A stretch of 64,000 nt of DNA, taken from Pyrinomonadaceae bacterium (lineage in GTDB: Bacteria; Acidobacteriota; Blastocatellia; Pyrinomonadales; Pyrinomonadaceae). Location: NCBI GenBank assembly GCA_036794905.1, contig DAIRFV010000003.1:3866-67865 (forward strand), written 5' to 3'. The notes beneath the pieces were generated by a model, which was not told the origin of the DNA, ran no database searches, and saw nothing but the letters and a program-made list of their open reading frames with translations. Shown here piece by piece: positions 36,845 to 44,500 of the stretch (position 1 is the first letter of the stretch; each line of letters opens with the position of its first letter). Both the position numbers and the translations under genes were made by a program.

Positions 36845-37126
36845 TCACTTCGCCGCGAGGCCCATGCGGCGCGAGAGCATGGCCTCGCGCAGGTGGTTGG
36901 GGCGCGAGAGGTTGAGGACGGTGTTGCCGAGGATGACGTTCAACTCCTCGGCCTCGCGGACGAAGGCGCCGGCGAGCGGCTTGTCGCCAACCTTGACGAC
37001 GACGCCGTCGCGCACCCACTGCCAGAACTGCGCCTGGGTAGTCCAGAACTCTTTGCGGTCGCGGCAGACGACGAGCGCCGTCCGCTTCGCCTTCCTCTTT
37101 TCGGCCTTCCTCTTCGCGCTGCTCAT
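36845..37126 (-). CDS. Small basic hypothetical protein (93 aa)
   Basis: A GC3-rich ORF (MSSAKRKAEKRKAKRTALVVCRDRKEFWTTQAQFWQWV...) located 18 nt upstream of the wza-like gene. I recognise no family. Confidence 0.5.
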   Translation of the reverse strand: MSSAKRKAEKRKAKRTALVVCRDRKEFWTTQAQFWQWVRDGVVVKVGDKPLAGAFVREAEELNVILGNTVLNLSRPNHLREAMLSRRMGLAAK

Positions 37127-37279
37127 CCTCTTTCCTTCCCCCCGGACGCACCCCGGCCGTCACATGTCCTTAGGAGTTTCGCCCCGCGAGGCTACTGACC
37201 CGTCACGTCGTACCCCCCGCGGGGGGAAGCCTCGGCCGAGGCGACTTAAGTTTTCGAGGCCGCCGTCGGGCGCGGCCCT

Positions 37280-37903
37280 TTAGACCACCTCGCGCGCCGC
37301 CGGCGCCTGCCCCTCCTCGTGCCTGAGGAGGCGCGAGATCAGCTCGCCGCGCCGCTTCACGCCGAACTTGACGAAGAGGTGGCGCATGTGGAACTTCACC
37401 GTCTGCTCGGTGACGAAGAGGCGCGCGCCGATCTCGGCGTTCGTCAGCCCCTCGGCGCAGCAGAGCGCGACCTGCGCCTCGCGCCGGCTCAGGTTGTAGC
37501 CGTTCACGACCCGCTCAAGCGCCGGGGCGAAGCCGGCGCCGTTCGCGTGGCTGCGAATCTCCTTCGGGTAGGGTTCGAGCCCCGCCGCGCGCCTGCGCTC
37601 GAAGACCTCCTGCGGGCCGTAGACCAGATAGAAGCTCCCGGCGCCGCTTTCGGCGCTGCCGTCGTCGCCGGCCGCGCGTTTGCAGTCGATGCTCAGCTTC
37701 GCCACCAGCCCGGCGCGCGCGCGCCTGAGCGTCGAGTAGCTGCCGAGGCCGGTCAGCCCGAGCAGTTGGCGGAGGCTGAAGCTCCCGACGCGCGACGCGA
37801 ACTCGCCGCCCGTGGCCGCGAGCAGGGACTCGTAGAGCAGGTGCTCGACGGGCGAGTGGCTGAGAGCCAGCAGTGCCATCGCCCCTTGGGGGTTGAGTTC
37901 CAT
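37280..37903 (-). CDS. LuxR-family transcriptional regulator (C-terminal HTH)
   Basis: LSRREAQVALCCAEGLTNAEIGARLFVTEQTVKFHMRHLFVKFGV is a canonical LuxR/GerE HTH. I do not recognise the N-terminal ~140 aa. Confidence 0.8.
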   Translation of the reverse strand: MELNPQGAMALLALSHSPVEHLLYESLLAATGGEFASRVGSFSLRQLLGLTGLGSYSTLRRARAGLVAKLSIDCKRAAGDDGSAESGAGSFYLVYGPQEVFERRRAAGLEPYPKEIRSHANGAGFAPALERVVNGYNLSRREAQVALCCAEGLTNAEIGARLFVTEQTVKFHMRHLFVKFGVKRRGELISRLLRHEEGQAPAAREVV

Positions 37904-38578
37904 CAGCTTTGAAAGGACTCCGGCCGAGGCAGAAAGTCGCGTGCGTCCGCTGCCGACAGCGTCCGGGGTCGCGTGCGTGCCCCGTGTGTCAAATTTCTCG
38001 GCGCCCGCCTGTGTAAGCTACTGAACGAAAACTCCGCTCGCCGGCTCCTCTCGCGGGGAACTGCTCCGTGGACGGCCGGGAGATAATGGCTTGAACTCTT
38101 GTTTCCTTAGGTTTAGCGCGACGGGAGTACGGCTTGAATCGGATGTCGGATGAGGTCGCCTGCACTTTTATTGAAACTGTTTGCGACAGGGTGTGTACCT
38201 GGTAGCGACTCTTGTACCGCCGATAAGGTGGCCGGCGTCGTCTGCCGGCGGCTCCTAAGTGCCCTTTGGTGTAGACACACCCTGCTTGAACGCCTCATCC
38301 TTGACCTTACAGGGTGTCAAAAAACCGCCCGCGAGTATAGATGTGGCGGGGACTTTTTGTCAGATTCAGCCGTTTGGATGGGTTTCTGAAGAAAGTTGTA
38401 GTTTGAAGAATCAGGGAAATTCCCTAGCCTGGTTTAAAACCCGAAGCCTAGAATGATAACCATGACTCTCAAAAAACCCGGCAATTTTAGCTAAGACGGT
38501 ACTGTTGTCAAGTGAATAATACTAATGTGGGACATTTTTCCATCTCCACCCGTAAAACTTACACGCCACAGGCAGCAA

Positions 38579-38611
38579 CGCCCGGCGTGAGAAGCCGGGC
38601 GTCAACTTTTC
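38579..38611 (+). terminator. Intrinsic-terminator-like hairpin inside the AT-richer intergenic island
   Basis: CGCCCGGC (38579-38586), loop gtgagaa, GCCGGGCG (38594-38601), followed by TCAACTTTTCT. Confidence 0.45.
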
Positions 38612-38696
38612 TGCACACGGGGGTGGCCGTCACAGTCCACAAAACACATCACCCGAAAGTCTTGTAAGCACGGATTATACGATTTACTGCCGGGCC

Positions 38697-38978
38697 GTGG
38701 AACTCGTCGAAGCGTTCCTGTCCGACGTGAGAGAGCGCCGCCGGTCGTTACTCGAAGCCTATGAGCGGCGCGACCTCGAAAGGCTGAAGCGCGAGTCGCA
38801 CGCGTTCAAAGGGGGCGCCGGGCTGTTCGGCGCCGCGCGGCTGTCGAACATCTGCGCCCGGCTCATAGACCTCGCCGCGCGCGGCGACGCGCCCGCGCTG
38901 CTTCAGGCGCTCGAAGCGATGGACGCGGAACTGGGACAGGTCACCTCGAAGCTGGAACAGTGGACGCTCGACGCGTAA
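38697..38978 (+). CDS. Histidine phosphotransfer (Hpt) domain protein, orphan
   Basis: The 93-aa ORF has a GTG start and ESHAFKGGAGLFGAARL, the HxxKG phospho-His motif of Hpt domains. Confidence 0.7.
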   Translation: MELVEAFLSDVRERRRSLLEAYERRDLERLKRESHAFKGGAGLFGAARLSNICARLIDLAARGDAPALLQALEAMDAELGQVTSKLEQWTLDA

Positions 38979-38991
38979 CGTTTCGCCCGCC

Positions 38992-40086
38992 TCATCTGTA
39001 TGCCTTTTCTCTCAGTCGCCGGAGCGGGCGCTTGAGGAAGGCGGCGGACTGGGAGACGTAGAACTTGAGCTGACGCGGGAGCCTCGCCCTCTCGTCGAAG
39101 GGGAGGCGGAGGCCGACGTGGGCGCGGACGGGGTCGGGCCAGCGGCCGACGAGCGCGGGCAGCGCGCGCAAGGGGTTGCGCAGGGAGACGGACATCAACT
39201 CGCGCGGCACGTGGTCGGCCGTCGTGGGGCGCTCCCACTGCCGCAGCACTTCCGCCAGGAGCCAGGAGGGCGCGCGCGCCTCGCTCACAGATTCTGGTAA
39301 TCCACCGCGCGTCGCGCCGAGCAGACGCCGCGCGAGGTCGAGGACGCAGCCGACCCAGTTGCGCCTGAGCGCGTCACAGCCCGCCGCCGCGTCCCGGTCG
39401 AAGCCCGCGGGCGCCGTCTCCAGCGCGGCGGCCACGTCGCAGAGCCAGAGCGGGCGGTATGCGCTGTGCCTCAGCAGGTGCAGGCAGAGGAAGCGCAACT
39501 GGTCTTCGTGTCCGGGGACGCGAATCCGCGAGCCGTTCAGCTCGAAGAGTTGCGAGCGCGCGTAGACGCCGTCCCAGCCGTCGCGGCCGAGCAGTGCGGA
39601 GTCGTCGTGCTTCAGGTCGATGAGCGCTTTGCCCTTCGGCCCCGGCCCCCAGACGGCGCGGCGCGCCGCCCCGTACTCTTCGGGGCGCACGCAGAGGTCT
39701 ATGTCGCCGACGGGGCGCAGGCCGCGCTCGGCGTAGAGGCGCGCCGCGCCCAGACCTTTCAGCAGGATGGGCTCGACGCCCGCCGCGCGCAGGCGCGAGA
39801 AGACGTGCTCGACCTCGCGCTCCTGAAGTGCGGACTGTAGGGACTGTGTCTGGTAAGCCTCGCGGAGTTCTTCGCCCGCCCGCGTGTCGCGCAGGCGCGA
39901 GCCGCGCACGCGCCACCATGCGAGCGCGGCCGTCCCCGAGCCTTTAAGTTGAGGGACGACCTGTCCGAGTTCTTCGGCGGAGAGGTTCGGGGCGGGGGGC
40001 GTCCGCCTCCACGAGCCCGCGAGGAGTTCGGCGATGATCGAGGGCGTGCTTCCGCGCCGCGCGGCCGGCGAAAGTTCGGGGCTCAC
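38992..40086 (-). CDS. Nucleotidyltransferase family protein (PF14907-like, uncharacterised NTase)
   Basis: PILLKGLGAARLYAERGLRPVGDIDLCVRPEEY is the hallmark of this family. I trimmed the start to the GTG at 40086 (VSPELSPAARRG...), 11 nt downstream of the upstream gene's stop. The track's longer version overlaps that gene by 262 nt. Confidence 0.7.
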   Translation of the reverse strand: MSPELSPAARRGSTPSIIAELLAGSWRRTPPAPNLSAEELGQVVPQLKGSGTAALAWWRVRGSRLRDTRAGEELREAYQTQSLQSALQEREVEHVFSRLRAAGVEPILLKGLGAARLYAERGLRPVGDIDLCVRPEEYGAARRAVWGPGPKGKALIDLKHDDSALLGRDGWDGVYARSQLFELNGSRIRVPGHEDQLRFLCLHLLRHSAYRPLWLCDVAAALETAPAGFDRDAAAGCDALRRNWVGCVLDLARRLLGATRGGLPESVSEARAPSWLLAEVLRQWERPTTADHVPRELMSVSLRNPLRALPALVGRWPDPVRAHVGLRLPFDERARLPRQLKFYVSQSAAFLKRPLRRLREKAYR

Positions 40087-40097
40087 TTCGGGCCTTG

Positions 40098-40589
40098 TTA
40101 GACGCCGCACTCCGCCTCGGGCAGGCACACGCCGCCCGAGCAGCACATCGGCGGGGGGCAGTTCTGTTCGTTGCACGGACTCTGCGCCTCGGCCGCGGTC
40201 GGCGAGACGACGGAGGTGATGAGCGGGAGCGAGACGGCCGCCGCGACGCCCAGACGGCGGAGCATCTTCCGGCGCGAGATGAGGCTCGTCGCCGCCGCCG
40301 CGCGCGCCGCGCCCGTCGATAGCAGGTCGAACTCGGCCAACTGTTCGAGCGCGAGCCACACGACCTCCTCCGAGACGTGCGCGGACATCTGCGCGCCGAC
40401 CCTCTCGGCTATCCGCGCGACCGAAGTCCGGCCGTCGCAGCTCTTCCAGACCAGCGCCGCCGTCCGATTCAGACAGTGCGCGCGGTGACCCTCCTCGTCG
40501 TAGACGAGCACTTCTTCGGCCAGCTCGCGCACGAGCAGCCTCGCCTCCCGCGCCGCGGGCAGATATTGATCGGGCATGTGTTCAGGCAT
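40098..40589 (-). CDS. PqqD/RRE-like domain protein fused to an internal signal-peptide-like segment and a 6-Cys C-terminal tail
   Basis: Residues ~20-90 (VLVYDEEGHRAHCLNRTAALVWKSCDGRTSVARIAERV...VVWLALEQLAEFDLL) are PqqD-like. They are followed by SRRKMLRRLGVAAAVSLPLITSVVSPTAAEA and then QSPCNEQNCPPPMCCSGGVCLPEAECGV. A strong GGAGG lies 7 nt upstream of the ATG (plus-strand cctcc, 40597-40601). Confidence 0.7.
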   Translation of the reverse strand: MPEHMPDQYLPAAREARLLVRELAEEVLVYDEEGHRAHCLNRTAALVWKSCDGRTSVARIAERVGAQMSAHVSEEVVWLALEQLAEFDLLSTGAARAAAATSLISRRKMLRRLGVAAAVSLPLITSVVSPTAAEAQSPCNEQNCPPPMCCSGGVCLPEAECGV

Positions 40590-40621
40590 GTCCTTCCCTC
40601 CTCAAGAAGACTCGCTGACGA

Positions 40622-41467
40622 TTAATTTCGGGCGGATGATTCTGCGGCCCCCACGCCGCTCAGGATGGACGCCGCGGCGTGTGACGCTTCGCCGCGCGCG
40701 CCGGCCAGTATGACGGTCCGCGCGGCGACCTCCGACAGCGCGGCCAGCGCGCGCGCCGGTGCCCTGCGCGCGGAGACGGTGTTGGCTAACATCTCAAGCA
40801 CGCCCTCCCCCGGACTGAGGCGGCGCGGCCGAAAACTCCGCCCGCGCTCGTAGCGGCTGACGACCACCAGCCCGACCGGCAGCGCTCTCCTCCCGGCGCG
40901 CCCGCCGAACTCCTCGACCGTGCGGCGCGTCTGCGCGAGCCCCGCGCCCTCGCGCACCGCCAGCGGCCGCGCGTAAGGGTGAACACGCCCCTCTGCGTCG
41001 AGCACGGCGTACTCGTCCGAGTAATACACCGCGCCCGCGCGCACGAGCTCCGCGACGAGCGTCGTCTTGCCGCTCAGGCTGCGGCCGGGAATCAGGATGG
41101 CGCGCCCGCGCCAGCCGACCACGCCCGCGTGGACGAAGACGCGGCGCGCCGCGCGCTCGGCCACGTAGATTTGCAGGTCTGATTCGAGCATCCCCAACAC
41201 CGCACCCGCTTCGGGCGCGCGCCCCGCGAGCCGCGCGCCCGAGTAGAGCAGGTGGAAGCGTCGCCCACGACCTTCAACCTCCCCCCCGCCCGAGACGAGC
41301 GAGTAGAGCTTCGAGACCTCCGGCGACGCGGCGGGCCTCCAACCGGGCGGCAGACGCTCCGCCACGTGCGCGAGCGACGCCGCGTCGCTCATGCGGACGC
41401 CGACCTTCACGCCGTAGGCCGTCAGCGCAATCCCTGCCGCCCACCCGAGGCGGTCGAGCTTACGCAT
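40622..41467 (-). CDS. HPr kinase-related kinase (second copy)
   Basis: VFVHAGVVGWRGRAILIPGRSLSGKTTLVAELVRAG is an HprK C-terminal-domain-like P-loop, followed by YSDEYAVLD. The protein is 281 aa. Confidence 0.75.
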   Translation of the reverse strand: MRKLDRLGWAAGIALTAYGVKVGVRMSDAASLAHVAERLPPGWRPAASPEVSKLYSLVSGGGEVEGRGRRFHLLYSGARLAGRAPEAGAVLGMLESDLQIYVAERAARRVFVHAGVVGWRGRAILIPGRSLSGKTTLVAELVRAGAVYYSDEYAVLDAEGRVHPYARPLAVREGAGLAQTRRTVEEFGGRAGRRALPVGLVVVSRYERGRSFRPRRLSPGEGVLEMLANTVSARRAPARALAALSEVAARTVILAGARGEASHAAASILSGVGAAESSARN

Positions 41468-41547
41468 TCAAGCCGACGTGGACTCAAGCCGCGGCATGAG
41501 CGCGTCCGCGAAGACGTTCGTGCCCGACCCTCTCATCAACGACCGGC

Positions 41548-44500
41548 TCACGGCGCGCCCTCCACCACGACGACGAACTGGTACGCGCCGCCCCTCATCA
41601 CCCCGAGCAGGAACTCCACGTCCGCGCTCTGCCCCGCCGCGAGCGGCTGCGGCAGCGTCAGCGACCCGCTCAACACGAGCCCCGTGTTGACGCCCCCGCC
41701 CGCAGCTTGCGCGGGCGGCGTCTCGACGGTCGTCGCCACGAGCCCCGTCCCGCCGAGCCCCGCCAACTGCGCGTCGAGCACACGCACCTCGGCCTGGTTG
41801 GCGAAGACCTGTTTGTTGTTGTAGGTCGTCACCTGCACCACGCGGAACCGCAGTCGGTTGAGCGACTGCCCCGTGTTGTTCGTGAACCGCCGCCGCAGCG
41901 ACAGAGTCCCGAGCGAGCCGTTCGTCACCGGCGTCAGACTCCGCACGCTCGACAGGATGCCGGGCGGGGTGGTGACGCCGAACCCGCTGTTGCGCGTGAC
42001 GGGCCCCGAGCCGTTCTCCGGCCCCGGCGCGCCGAGCGTGGCCGTGCCCGAGAGGAGTTGCGCCGGGTTGGTGGCGACGAGCGTGAAGTCCGCGCGGTTG
42101 TCGCCCGTGTCGGACGGCAGGCTCGAAGGCTGGTTGCGCACGAAGCTGTGCTGCACGTCCTCGGCCACGCCGAACAGGGGGAGCCCCGACCCTTCCCTGT
42201 ACGGCGTCGCCACGCCGTCGAAGCCGACCGCGTCGAAGACGTTCGCCGGCGTGAACTGCGCGCGGTCGGCCGTCTTGAAGAGCGCGAGCCCCGTGTAGTC
42301 TGCCTCGCCGCCCGAGTAGGCCGGCGGGTTGTAGGTCTGGTCGGGCGCGGCTAAACCTGAGAGGCTGTAGCCCGTGCCCGCCGCGAGGTAGTGGCCGCGC
42401 GCGGGGATGACCGTGCCCGCGGGGATGACGAAGCGCGGGATGTTCGACGTGGAGCCTTGCAGGTCAACGAGCGCCCAGCCGCACGCGGCCGCCGGCCCCG
42501 CCGTGATGACTTGCAGCGCGCAGGTCACGGCGTTGGCGTCCGTGACGACGATGTCCGCGTCCGTGTTGTTGTAAATCTCGACGAACTCGTCGGTCTCCCC
42601 GGCGGTCGGCGGCGCGCCCGTGCCCCCTCCGCCGTCGTCGTCGTCGGTGGGAGGCCGCGGGGCGGACGGGCCGTCCTCTTCTTCGACGGCGCTCTTCGCG
42701 GGCCGCCTGAGCTTCCGGCCGGACGGGAGCGTGACGACGGGCGTGTCGAAGTCGGCCGGCTCGTTGTTACCCGTGCCCGGCCCGCGCAGGCGGAACTCGC
42801 TGATGAGGACGGTGCCCGCGGCGACGGGCGCGGTGATGGTGGCGACGCCCGTCCCGTCCGCGACGGTCGCGTTCGAGGGGCTCGACAGGTTCAGGCCGAA
42901 GTCCTCGGGCGTGTCGGAGAGGGCGTCGGCCTTGACGACGACGGCGATTGTCTTCGAGGTCTCGCCCGGGTCGAAGATGACGGTGCCGCCGGCCGAAGTG
43001 TAGTCGCCCGGCTGCGTGGCCGTGCCGTCGGCCGTCGCGAAGTTGACCGTGACGGCCTGCGCCGAGGCGGCCGAGAGCGTGACGGGGAAGACGGCGTGGC
43101 TCACCCCCGACGAGGGCTCGGCCACGCTTAAGTCGCCGACCGAGATTGCGGGGCCGCCGAAGACCGACGCGGGCTCGGCGAGCGTCCAGTCGGAGAAGGA
43201 CGAGACGCCATTGAGCGTGGCCGTGTGGTTCGTCGTGTCGAGCGCGTCGGGCGTGAACTGCGTGAAGGCGCCGCCGTCGTACTTGAAGATTTTGTAGTTC
43301 GCCTCGGCGCCCGCCACGTCCCCGGCGAGGTAGTGGAAGGTCAGGTCACTCGTCACGCCCGCGCCCGCGAGCGTCCAGTAGCGCGAGAGCGCGTTCGCGC
43401 CCGCGACGTTCGGGTGCTTCGCCTGCGTGGCCTTGACGGAGAGCGAGCCCGCGCCGGCCGTCACGCTCGCGTCCACGGGCGTGTAGCCGTTGGCCGTGCC
43501 CACGTCGAAGGTGAAGCTGCCCGCGCCGTCGAAGCTCTTCCGCTCCGTCCCGATGATGTAGCCGCTGCTGCGCGTGACCGAGCCGGCGGCGCCGATGTTG
43601 AGCGTGTTGCCGCCGGCCGTCGTGACGTTGTTCGCGCCGAGGGCGAGCGTGCCGTTGACGGTCGCGTCGGCGGAGAGCGTCACGGCGGCGTTGACGTTGA
43701 CGTTGACGCCGACGCCGAAGCCCAGCGTGCCGCCCGAGGCGGAGGTGATTGTCTTCGCGCCGTTGAAGCCGAACGTGCCGGTGCCGGCGCCGGAGGTGAT
43801 TGTGCGCGCGCCGCCCGAGACGAGGAGGTCGCCGCCGTTGCCGTTGAGCGCGAGCGTGCGGCCGTTGAGATCGACGCCGCCCGAGTTGAGCAGTCGCAGC
43901 GCGGCGCCCGTGGTGGCGTTGACGGCGAGGTCTGTGACGAAGCCCGCGCCCGCGTCGGGCGTGAGCGAGCCCGCGGCCTTGTCTACGACGAGGTACGCGA
44001 AGCTCTCGGTGCCGCCGCCCTGAACGCTGACAATCTGGTTCGTGGTGCCGTTGAAGGTGACGGCGCGGCCGTTGGTCGTGAAGGTGGCGGCGGCGGCGCG
44101 CGTCCAGTTGTGGCCGACCTCCAGGTCGCCGCCGCTCAAGGTCGAGAGGACGAGCGAGCCGCTGTTCGAGACGGAGCCGAGGACTTTGAGCGGCCGCGTG
44201 AGCGGGGAGGGGCCGGCGAGGCTCATCGTCGAGCCCGCGTCGATGGCGAGGTCGCCCGCCATCTGGAAGGCTTGCGCGGTCGAGCCGTTGGGGAGGTCGA
44301 GCGTCGTGTTGTTGGCGAGCCGGACGTGGTAGGGGTAGCCCGGCCCCGAGGTCGCGCCCGGCAGCCACTCGCCGTTGCGCCCGTAGCTCCCGCCCGTGTT
44401 GTACTTCAGCGTCGAGGTCGCGGCGTAGGAGGGCGAGCCGGAGAAGAAGCCGCCCTGGTCGATGCGGAGCGTGCCGTTAATCTGCGCCTGACCGTTGTTG

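Noticed and set aside
37985-37995. A TTGACA hexamer on the minus strand upstream of the LuxR gene as its -35 box.
   Set aside because: No acceptable -10 element lies at 16-19 nt spacing.
38113-38456. The ORFs 38113-38298, 38150-38389 and 38259-38456 in the AT-richer island.
   Set aside because: They overlap one another and lack the GC3 bias of genuine genes in this window. They have no RBS and no recognisable motifs.
37904-38696. The low-GC island as a mobile element, prophage remnant or tRNA-linked integration site.
   Set aside because: I found no integrase or transposase, no tRNA-like sequence (no T-loop GTTCGAATC-type motif), and no flanking direct repeats. Only the compositional shift is supported.
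40240-40290. Calling the SRRKMLRR segment of the PqqD fusion a genuine twin-arginine (Tat) signal.
   Set aside because: It lies about 105 residues into the protein and matches the S/T-R-R-x-F-L-K consensus only loosely. I describe it as a signal-anchor or Sec-like segment, and I give the nested-ORF reading as an alternative.
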